A DNA stretch of 64,000 nucleotides from an uncultured Planctomycetota bacterium (lineage in GTDB: Bacteria; Planctomycetota; Planctomycetia; Isosphaerales; Isosphaeraceae): NCBI GenBank assembly GCA_963823665.1, contig CAWGMQ010000004.1, forward strand, positions 2,496,001 to 2,560,000, given 5' to 3'. The notes beneath the pieces are model-generated. The model ran no database searches. It was given only the letters and a program-made list of their open reading frames with translations, and had not been told where the DNA came from. Positions 9,168-17,355 of this stretch are shown here, one piece after another. Position 1 is the stretch's first letter. Every line of letters begins with the position of its first letter. The position numbers and the translations under genes are program-made.

Positions 9168-9718
9168 GCGTAGTCCCTCCGCTGCAACCTCGTCGTGGGC
9201 GGTGAACAAGGGCTCCGGTCAAATGCGGGACGGAGGCATTGAGCTAGGTGACGGCGCGGCCGCAGCGCTACGCGCGGACCACACTGCGAACCTGTCCGTC
9301 TTCTCCGGAACCGGAATAGATCAGAAACATTGTAGCCATGCAGGGTTCGAGCGAATATCCAGTGGATTGAATTTGAACCGGGCAACTTCGGCCGCGAAGG
9401 GGAGTTGCGACCAGCACCGCAAAGAACCCTGTCCGGCGTTCCCGGCATTCGAACCATGAACGTGAACAGAAGGAACTTGATTTCGAGCAGAAAAGCTCAC
9501 AGCCATTTCCGGCGATGGGCCTTCATCGAAATCTAGTCGGGGCGAGAGAACGGCTATCGAACTTCTTATCGCCGGAGTCCTGGGCAGGGAAGCCGGGCCG
9601 CGGCGTGTTCTTATCCGAGAATCAGATGACGATCGAGCGTGACGATTAATCCCAGACTCCGCAGGCTCGGTGGGCTTTGGGCCCGGAAGAGTCTGCATGC
9701 TCCCCGGCAGGGTGAGCC

Positions 9719-10201
9719 TCATCGCTCGGACCGCTTGACCTTGCGAGTCGCTGCCGCCTTGCGACCAGCGGCTTGCCGCTTCTTGGTTTGGACGGCCTTC
9801 GCCGCGGCTGCCCGCCGCTCGCGAGTGGCCGCCGCCTTGACTGCCGCCTCGCTTCGGCGGCCGCCGAGTTTGATGAGGGTGAACGGCTCTTCGCCCATGC
9901 CCTCCTCCGCACCCTTAATCCACAACTGGACCTTGGACCGTTCTTTCCAGTCCTGGGCTTCGATCACCTCGATGAAGCCGTCGATGTCGAAGTTCTTGAA
10001 ACCGCCCCCGTAAAGGTTGGCGTCCATCCCGTATCCCGCGCCTTCCTCGTAGGTCGGGCCGATCAGGCTGACCAACCGGCAGGGCGACAGCCAAGTGTTG
10101 ATCCGCTCCATCGGCTCGCACGTGTCCCGGGCCTCATCCTCGCCGTCCTCCCACAGCTCCTCATTGTCAAAGGAGATCATGACGTTCCACACGAAGCCCA
10201 T
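9719..10201 (-). CDS. Hypothetical protein (acidic domain plus basic KAAATR-repeat tail)
   Basis: AAGGAG RBS, clean 160-aa ORF, co-oriented upstream of cmr1. Confidence 0.75.
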   Translation of the reverse strand: MGFVWNVMISFDNEELWEDGEDEARDTCEPMERINTWLSPCRLVSLIGPTYEEGAGYGMDANLYGGGFKNFDIDGFIEVIEAQDWKERSKVQLWIKGAEEGMGEEPFTLIKLGGRRSEAAVKAAATRERRAAAAKAVQTKKRQAAGRKAAATRKVKRSER

Positions 10202-10219
10202 CGGTCACACTCCTTCATA

Positions 10220-10597
10220 TCAAGCGGTTCCACTTGCATCGTCGGGATCGTGCTCGCGGATGCGGCCCACTCCAACGATCCACAATTTTCCCTTCACCGA
10301 GCCCGTTTTCAGGTGTGCGATCACGCTCTACAATCTCGCCCGAATCGGCGAGTGCACCGCTTTCGGAGGACGCACAACGACAATACCTTCGGAATCTTCA
10401 GGTGGAAAGCCGAGCGAGTTCGAAAGATCCAGATCGACCGTCACCACGGTTCGACCGACCGCTTTGCAGGTGTCTTAGATCGCTTCGTCCGTGCTTCCCG
10501 CCAGACCTTCGGCGATTACCGTAGCCTCGTCGAAGCCCTCCTTGAGCAGTTCCGGCACGAGCCGCACATCGAAGTTTTCATCGAGTTTCAGCTTCAG
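10220..10597 (-). pseudogene. DUF5615 PIN-like toxin pseudogene
   Basis: LKLKLDEN...DEAI*...VVTVDLD...GIVVVR; two in-frame stops. Confidence 0.8.
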
Positions 10598-10847
10598 GCT
10601 GACACCGGTTCCGTAAGGATCGGAAAGATTCGTTCGCGTGACATCTCCGCGGCAAAAGCTAATGCCGCTCGAATGTCCTCGGGCCTGAGTTGTGGATAGC
10701 AGCAAGCAATTCAGCCTACGGGATGCCTTCCGCGAGATTGTCGACAACCAGTGACACCCATATTCGCGTGCCCCGGATCACGGGCCGGCCAAAGCAGACA
10801 CCCGGATCAATCGAAATTCGCGTGAGAAGTTCGTTGCGGTCGTTCAT
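10594..10847 (-). pseudogene. DUF433 antitoxin pseudogene
   Basis: RISIDPGVCFGRPVIRGTRIWV...; TAG at 10716-10718 plus a frameshift before YPQLRPEDIRAAL. Confidence 0.85.
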
Positions 10848-11160
10848 GGTCGATAGGCCCGAGCTGATAATCGCCGTCCAATTCGGGAAATGGACTTCTT
10901 GGTTCAGCGTCGATCCGAGCATCTTATCCCATGATACTATGCCCATGAAAGTTCACCGCCGTGGGAACTCGGAATAGTCGAAACGGGCGGCGGGATTTGA
11001 ACAGCGCAAATGCACCGCCCGCCGTCAGGTTGCGTCGAACTTGGCGTGCTGCAATAAGGCCGACCAGGATGAGCTGAACTGAATTGAACCAGATCGAGTT
11101 GCTGGATTATCCAAGGAATAGGCCCACCGCCATTCCCAGCGAAGGGCTTTCGCGATAATC

Positions 11161-11194
11161 AAGTCTGGGGCGGCGGGATTCAACCCACGACCTC
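11161..11194 (-). pseudogene. Degenerate tRNA(Pro-like) 3'-half fragment
   Basis: GTCTGGGGCGGCGGGATTCAACCCACGACCTC resembles a reverse-complemented tRNA T-arm/acceptor. A weaker copy lies at ~10975-11002. Confidence 0.5.
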
Positions 11195-11272
11195 ACGCAC
11201 CAGACCCGAGCGGATCGTTCCAGAGTTGCGGCACGCTCGCTGACGATCGCAAGGTTGCTGGTCTCTGCGACG

Positions 11273-11381
11273 CCCAGACGACGGGAAGTGGGCGCTTATC
11301 GGGCGCGATCACCTCCTCCTTTCCGGCTCCGACCGCAGGCACGATCCCAGACGACGGGAAGTGGCGCTTATCGGGCGCGAT
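11273..11381. repeat. Two 36/37-bp direct repeats separated by a 36-bp unique segment
   Basis: CCCAGACGACGGGAAGTG(G)GCGCTTATCGGGCGCGAT at 11273-11309 and 11346-11381. Confidence 0.85.
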
Positions 11382-11632
11382 AGCCAAAGCTCAGCGCTCG
11401 TCCGCCGCATCAGCTTCGAAGAGCGGTGACGGGCCGGGTATAGGCCGGGACTCCAGACGCGAGGCGGGTCCATCACAACATGCCTTGGCTCAGAGTTGTT
11501 CCGTTAGCAATCCCTTTAACTTGTTTTTGGCGAAATATTTACGGCAAATGTCCGCAGATTGATACACTCAAGGGCGGCGGGTAAATAACCCGCGTCCCTC
11601 GGCGAGAATGAAATGACGCAAACTCAATGACG

Positions 11633-11659
11633 AAAATCACTTGCGAACTATCGCAAGTG
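11633..11659 (-). terminator. Hairpin terminator-like element just 3' of the tmRNA-like end
   Basis: Minus strand CACTTGCGA-TAGT-TCGCAAGTG then ATTTT. Confidence 0.5.
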
Positions 11660-11664
11660 CCTTC

Positions 11665-11692
11665 AAGTGGAGGCGGCGGGAATTGCACCCGC
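11665..11692 (-). repeat. att-like direct repeat, copy 2 (tmRNA 3'-end fragment)
   Basis: Identical to 278-305. Confidence 0.85.
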
Positions 11693-11762
11693 ATCCTGCA
11701 TTCCGCTTTTTAAGAATGGCGGCTGTGCGGGACTCTCTCTCTCGCCCAAACCACGAAAGCCG

Positions 11763-12287
11763 TTAGTTTCCGCGGCGACGCGCTGGCTTATGGGCGTGGG
11801 AATGATGGTGGTGGCCGTGGTCGTGATCATGATCATGCGGATGTTCTTGCCCGGCCTCACCGTTCGCGGCAGGTATGGGCTTGGCCGATGCAAGCACGAG
11901 GCGGCCGGTTTCGACGCCTTTGGTGCCGATCAGATCGTCGGCCAAGCTGCGAACCTCCCGCGCGGGGCCGCGCAGGAGAATCACTTCCAGGCAGCGACGC
12001 GCGTCGAGATGGACGTGGGTTGTTGTCACGACCTGGTCGAGATGGTGGTGCTGGAGGTCGGTCAAGCGCTGCGAGATTTTCGAGGCGTGGTGGTCGTAGA
12101 TCAAGGTGACGACCCCCATCGCTTCGCTTTCGTCGTTCGTGATCACCTCTTCGAGCAAGGCGCCCCGCATCAAGCCGCGGACCGCTTCACTGCGGTTGGG
12201 ATGTCGATGAAGCTCGCGATACTGATCAAATTTCTGGAGTAACTCTCCGCCGATCGCCACGCTGAAGCGAACCATGGGGTCTTTCAC
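11763..12287 (-). CDS. nikR: Nickel-responsive regulator NikR with a His-rich tail
   Basis: RFSVAI..NRSEAVR..YDHH..LQH..HVHLD..CLEV; tail HPHDHDHDHGHHHHSHAH. Confidence 0.9.
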   Translation of the reverse strand: MKDPMVRFSVAIGGELLQKFDQYRELHRHPNRSEAVRGLMRGALLEEVITNDESEAMGVVTLIYDHHASKISQRLTDLQHHHLDQVVTTTHVHLDARRCLEVILLRGPAREVRSLADDLIGTKGVETGRLVLASAKPIPAANGEAGQEHPHDHDHDHGHHHHSHAHKPARRRGN

Positions 12288-12377
12288 GGGGCGTTCTCCT
12301 GTGCGCGGCACGGCCGGATGAACCGAGACCGACCGACGACAAAGAGCGGCTGGTTCTCGTGGCTGAATGTGATGGTG

Positions 12378-13541
12378 TCAGCTTGCCTTGGGGACCTCGA
12401 CCCAAGCACCGTCTTGTTTGGCGCTGGCGACGGCGGCTTCGATGAAGGCCATCCCGGCGACACCATCGGCAATGCCCGGGTGTGGGAACGGTTTGGGCAC
12501 CGACTCGCCGCGGCCTGATCGGATCGTCCATTCGAGCGTCCGGTGCAGGTTGGCGAGCGCTTCGTGGATGCCTTCTGGGTGCCCGGAAGGCATGCGCAGA
12601 TAGGGTTTCACCGAGCCGGGGAAATAGCCGTATTCGGCTCCCTGCCGGTAAACGCGAACCGGCTGCCCGGCGGCATAGTGCTTGAGCACGGTGTGATCGG
12701 TGATTGACCACTCGAGCGTGCCCGAGGTGCCGATCACGCGGAAGCCGTTGTCGTTCTGGGCTCCGATCGTGATCTGGGAAGCCGTTATGGTGGCAATGAC
12801 CCCATTGTTCAGCTCGGCCAGAACGGTGAAGTCATCATCGAGCGCACGGCCCGGGACAAATGACTTGAGCCGTGCCCGCAGTTTCACGGCCGACAGCCCG
12901 GCGACGAACCGGATGAATTCGTAGGCGTGGGTTCCGATATCGCCGCCGCAGCCGGAGCTGCCCGCCTTGGCGGGATCAACTCTCCAGGCCGCCTGCTTCT
13001 GGTTTTCGGCTTCGAGCTTCGACGCCAGCCAACCCTGAGGATACCAGGCTTCGACCTTGCGCAGCTCGCCGATATCGCCGTTATGCACGAGCTCGCGTGC
13101 GAGCATCACCATGGCGAAGCCGGTGTAGGTGTAGGCGACGACAAACGGAGTGTTCTTGGAGCGAACCGTTGCATGCAGCCGCCGTGCCTCGTCCAGCGTC
13201 GTTGTGAGCGGCTTCTCGCAGAGCACACCGATTCCTGCAGCGGCCGCGGCGTCGGCGGGGCCGAAGTGGGCATCATTTGGTGTGACAATCGTCACGTAGT
13301 CGATGCGCTCGGACTCGGGGAGTGCCTTTTCCGACTTGATCATGGTTTCCCAGTCGGGATAGCCTCGGGCCATGAACATGCCGCGCGCGGCGGCAATCGA
13401 CTCATCCGGCTTGGTGCGCAGTGCGCCTGCCGTCAGCTCGGCTGAATTATCCAGCAGAATCGCCCGGCGGTGTGGCGCCCCGAAGAAATTTGACGGACCG
13501 CCTCCTCCGACCATTCCCACGCGTAATTTACGCTCACTCAT
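12378..13541 (-). CDS. Gfo/Idh/MocA oxidoreductase
   Basis: GMVGGG, CEKP, GDIGTH motifs. Confidence 0.9.
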   Translation of the reverse strand: MSERKLRVGMVGGGGPSNFFGAPHRRAILLDNSAELTAGALRTKPDESIAAARGMFMARGYPDWETMIKSEKALPESERIDYVTIVTPNDAHFGPADAAAAAGIGVLCEKPLTTTLDEARRLHATVRSKNTPFVVAYTYTGFAMVMLARELVHNGDIGELRKVEAWYPQGWLASKLEAENQKQAAWRVDPAKAGSSGCGGDIGTHAYEFIRFVAGLSAVKLRARLKSFVPGRALDDDFTVLAELNNGVIATITASQITIGAQNDNGFRVIGTSGTLEWSITDHTVLKHYAAGQPVRVYRQGAEYGYFPGSVKPYLRMPSGHPEGIHEALANLHRTLEWTIRSGRGESVPKPFPHPGIADGVAGMAFIEAAVASAKQDGAWVEVPKAS

Positions 13542-13618
13542 CGTGTCGTCTCCCGGTGATCAAGGAACAGGATTCGACACTATAGCGGAGCGACCGGTCA
13601 TGGCAAGGGGCGAGCCGG

Positions 13619-14371
13619 TCATTCGTCCCGCTGCGCGGCCATCTTCATCAAGAGACGAAGGATCTCGAGATACAGCCAGACGAGGGTGACCATCAGTCCG
13701 AAGGCACCGTACCATTCCATGTATTTGGGCGCACTGGTGGCGGAAGCCTTCTCGATGAAATCGAAGTCGAGCAGCAGGTTGAACGCCGCCAGACCGACGA
13801 CGAACAGGCTGAAGATGATGCCGAACCTTGTGGCGCTGAAGATCAGCGGCACGCCGACGTGGAAGAAGCTGAGCAACATTGCAATCACATAAAACAGGCA
13901 GAGGGCGGAGGTGGCCATCACGATGCCCATCTTGAGCTTGTCGGTCACCCGGATGATTCGCGTTGCGTAGAGGAACAGCATGATGAAGAGCACGCCGCAG
14001 GTCAGGGTGACGGCCTGAAGCGCGATGCCGCCGCCGTACATCCGCTCCACGACTTGCGAGATGGCGCCGAGCAAGACTCCCTCGAGTGCGGCGTAAAGCG
14101 GGGCGGTCCACGGTGCCACCGTGGGCTTGAACATCGTGATCATCGCCACGATGAATCCGCCGATGCCGGCACCGGCGAGCAAACCGTAGCCGAGCGTTTG
14201 ACCCGCGGCGGCCGTCCACGCGAATGCGCCTGTTCCCAGCATGATCGCCAGCAGTACGAACGTCTTGGCGACCGTTCCCTGAACGGTCATGGTCGTGCTT
14301 GCCGGCTCGCCGTAAACTTGCTCATAGCCGGGAAATAGGTTGCGGGAAAATGCAGGGTTACTCGTTGCCAC
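13619..14371 (-). CDS. Bax inhibitor-1/YccA family membrane protein
   Basis: SNPAF N-terminus, 7 TM segments, LLLDFD...WYGAFGL..TLVWLYLEILRLL. Confidence 0.9.
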   Translation of the reverse strand: MATSNPAFSRNLFPGYEQVYGEPASTTMTVQGTVAKTFVLLAIMLGTGAFAWTAAAGQTLGYGLLAGAGIGGFIVAMITMFKPTVAPWTAPLYAALEGVLLGAISQVVERMYGGGIALQAVTLTCGVLFIMLFLYATRIIRVTDKLKMGIVMATSALCLFYVIAMLLSFFHVGVPLIFSATRFGIIFSLFVVGLAAFNLLLDFDFIEKASATSAPKYMEWYGAFGLMVTLVWLYLEILRLLMKMAAQRDE

Positions 14372-14667
14372 AGTCGAATCTCCAGACATCAAACTCGGCC
14401 CGACGCCCAGAACGCGCGCTCGGCGCCCTGCTTGCAGTCGAACGCTCAGTCTACCTCGTCTAGTGTGTATTCTTAGCCATGCGACCGTTTTTGACAACAA
14501 GAAGATGGCGACTGGCCGAAGGATCGACGGAGCACGGAGCGTCGTGACGGCAATTCCAGCCTGGCGACGGCGCTCGCTTCGATCGGTGGTAAAACCGAAG
14601 CCGCCGCCGTATCGTGGACCAAACGAACTCCAGTTCGTCACGCACGGGAAGCCGGCCGGAACAAGCT

Positions 14668-17316
14668 ATGCCTGCGCAGCTCGTCGCTATCGTCTTCACC
14701 GACCTCGTTCAATCGACGGCTCTCAAGTCGCTCTTGCCGGGTAGTGACGTTGACGAGCGTAACCAGTCGTATGTGAGGACGATCGAGGAGCCCCATCGGC
14801 AACGGATCGAGGGTGATCTTCTTGCTGTGGGCGGCCGCATCGTCAAGAACACGGGTGACGGATTTCTGCTGGTGTTTACCCAGGCGGCGCAGGCGGCACG
14901 CTGGTCGATCGGATTGATGCGCAGCCATCTCGAGCGGCCGATCCCGACACCGCTCGGCGCACTTGAGCTCAAGATTGGTCTGCACGTCGGCGCACCCTTA
15001 CCCAATCCTCATGATCCAGACGACTATATCGGCCAGGAGATTGACTTCGCCGCCCGGCTCTGCGCGGGAGCAGCTCGAGGCCAGTTGCTGATTTCCGAGG
15101 CCGCCGCCGCCTTGATCCGCTCGGCGGAGCTCACGGGAGTGAAGGTCCACGGGCACGGCGGGCGCGAGCTGAAAGGCATCGGAATTGTGCCGGTGTTCGA
15201 GCTGCTCGAAGACGGTCAAAATCCCAAGCCGCCAGCTTCGCCAGCCTTGTCAGCCCTGGCGCCGGGGAACTTGCCATCGGCACACGCAAATTTCGTGGGC
15301 CGGGCAGACCTGCTTGCAAGGGTGCGCGGTTACTTGCGCGACGGCGGAGTGACGGCACTGAAGGGCGAGGGCGGCATGGGTAAGACCGCGCTGGCCGTCA
15401 AGGCAGCACGTGATGCGATGACCGCGGGCGAATTACCGGGCGGGGTTGCGTGGATCAACGCCGAACTTGAACCCAGCCTCGATGAATGCCTGCGCCAGGC
15501 AATGCGCGTCTTTTTCGGTGAGCGGACGGAGCAGGAGCCGATTGAGGTCTGTGCCGCCAGGATTTCCGAACATCTTGATCGTATGGATGCTCTGCTCCTG
15601 CTCGATAACTTCGAGACGGTCGTGCACAACCAGGAGCTGGTTCGCTGGCTGGCTGGCCTGCCGCCCAACGCGAGGATCCTGATCACAACCAGGGAAATTC
15701 CGCTTGGACTGATGGGCCGGGTGGTTGCAGTCGAGGAGCTGAGCGAAGGGGAAGCCCGAACGCTTTTCATGGAGCGAGCTGCACGGAGAGGGGCCATTAC
15801 CGCCGGACAAGAATCCGTGGTTCACATGATCTGTAGAGCGGTCGGCTGCCAGCCGCTGGCGATCGAGCTACTGGCTGCGCGAGCTGCGCTGGCACCATTG
15901 AGCAGGTTACTCGAGCGGGTCTTGAAAAGCCCGGGTGTCATCGATGCAAAACAGGACCCGACTCGACCGGACCGGCACCGGAGTGCCATCGCGTGCATCG
16001 AGCTATCGTTCAAGGCTTTAAGTGTCGGGGCGAATGATCTTCTGCGGCGAGTGAGTATCTTCCCCGCGGGTGCAAGCGGAGCGATCATCACGGCCGTCAT
16101 GGCTTCAATAGATTGGGACGATGCCGCCGAAGAGCTGGTGGCGGCGTCGGTGTGGCGATTGTCGGGCCGTCGTTACACGATGCATCCACTGGTGCGGCAG
16201 GTTGCTCTGGAAGAGCTGGGACAGAACCGCGCTGAGATCGAGCACGGCGCGGCGCTGGCTGTGACAAAGTTCATCTGTCTGCGCAATTCCCAGGCGCCGG
16301 CTCGCCAGGAGCTGACTCCCGCGCTCAAGTCGGCGATCGACTGGGTTGAGGCCGAGCTGCCCAATCTCTCCTCCGTGGCAGAATTCGCTTTCGCCGCCCG
16401 TGAATGGGAATGTGTCTTGAACCTCACGACGGCGATCTTCAATTTCTTCCAGGTGCGCGGGCACTGGACCGAGGCCGAGCCGCTTTACGCACAGGCGCTC
16501 GAAGCGGCTCGCCGCTCCGGCAACCGAACCGGCGAGGCGCGCGCGCTGAACTTCCTGGGGCTTATCTATCGCCAGCAAGGGCGCTGGGCCGAGGCAGAGA
16601 CCGCTCATCGAAACAGCCTGGCGATCTGGCAAGAGATCGGCGAGAAGCGCGGACTTGGCCACACGCTCAAACATCTTGGGCGGATCGTTCAACTTCGCCG
16701 GCGGTATGGCGAGTCAGCCCTGCTCTGCGAGCAGGCACTCGAGCTGCTGCGCGAAGTCGCCGACGCCCTCGGCGAGGCCAAGGCTCTTGCGTATCTTGGC
16801 AACGTCTACCGGTTCGACGGCCGCTATGAGGAGGCCACGAAGGTCTACCAGCAGGCACTGGAGATCAGCCGCGCGATCGGTGATCGGTATGACGAAGGCG
16901 AAATCCTGCGCCGTTTGGGGCAGATTCATCACGGGCAGGGGCATCACGATCAGGCCAAAGAGGATTTTCAACAAAGCCTCACCATCTGGCGAAGCTTTGA
17001 TGACCGGTACAATGAAGCTGTGATCCTTGACAACCTCGGCGCTCTTTTCCGGGACATGGCTCGATTCAGCGAGGCAGAGGCCATGCTCGAGCAAAGCCTC
17101 GCTGAGTTCCGGCAGTGCGGCGATCGGCGCAAACAGGGCGTGACACTCTTGAACCTGGCCAAACTGAATGCTGCCCGGGGAGATCGCGCGGCCGCGCTGG
17201 ATCTCGGGACTGGAGCCGTCGCCATCTTCGAGCAAACCGAAGATTCGTGGTTGCTCGAGCGTGCGCGTGAAATGCTCGACGATCTCAAGAGCAAAGATTC
17301 ACTTTCAAGACCCTGA
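14668..17316 (+). CDS. Class III nucleotidyl cyclase-STAND ATPase-TPR protein
   Basis: FTDL..ST, VKNTGDG, IGLHVG, AARL; Walker A GEGGMGKT and Walker B LLDNFE; C-terminal TPRs. Confidence 0.88.
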   Translation: MPAQLVAIVFTDLVQSTALKSLLPGSDVDERNQSYVRTIEEPHRQRIEGDLLAVGGRIVKNTGDGFLLVFTQAAQAARWSIGLMRSHLERPIPTPLGALELKIGLHVGAPLPNPHDPDDYIGQEIDFAARLCAGAARGQLLISEAAAALIRSAELTGVKVHGHGGRELKGIGIVPVFELLEDGQNPKPPASPALSALAPGNLPSAHANFVGRADLLARVRGYLRDGGVTALKGEGGMGKTALAVKAARDAMTAGELPGGVAWINAELEPSLDECLRQAMRVFFGERTEQEPIEVCAARISEHLDRMDALLLLDNFETVVHNQELVRWLAGLPPNARILITTREIPLGLMGRVVAVEELSEGEARTLFMERAARRGAITAGQESVVHMICRAVGCQPLAIELLAARAALAPLSRLLERVLKSPGVIDAKQDPTRPDRHRSAIACIELSFKALSVGANDLLRRVSIFPAGASGAIITAVMASIDWDDAAEELVAASVWRLSGRRYTMHPLVRQVALEELGQNRAEIEHGAALAVTKFICLRNSQAPARQELTPALKSAIDWVEAELPNLSSVAEFAFAAREWECVLNLTTAIFNFFQVRGHWTEAEPLYAQALEAARRSGNRTGEARALNFLGLIYRQQGRWAEAETAHRNSLAIWQEIGEKRGLGHTLKHLGRIVQLRRRYGESALLCEQALELLREVADALGEAKALAYLGNVYRFDGRYEEATKVYQQALEISRAIGDRYDEGEILRRLGQIHHGQGHHDQAKEDFQQSLTIWRSFDDRYNEAVILDNLGALFRDMARFSEAEAMLEQSLAEFRQCGDRRKQGVTLLNLAKLNAARGDRAAALDLGTGAVAIFEQTEDSWLLERAREMLDDLKSKDSLSRP

Positions 17317-17355
17317 ACCCCGGGATCCTCGACTCTCAACCGGAAGGACGATGAC

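Larger units (their letters stand above)
278..11692. mobile_element. Genomic island bounded by 28-bp direct repeats, carrying type III-B cas genes; no integrase seen
   Basis: Perfect flanking direct repeats, defence and TA cargo, pseudogenes, and an abrupt switch to housekeeping genes after 11763. Confidence 0.7.

Noticed and set aside
9495..9532. Single CRISPR-repeat-like sequence GCTCACAGCCATTTCCGGCGATGGGCCTTCATCGAAAT upstream of cmr1
   Set aside because: Only one copy with a weak palindrome; cannot be told from chance without the host repeat sequence.
11665..12050. Full-length tmRNA gene
   Set aside because: The upstream space is occupied by nikR, and no GGGGGCG 5' end or tag frame was found.
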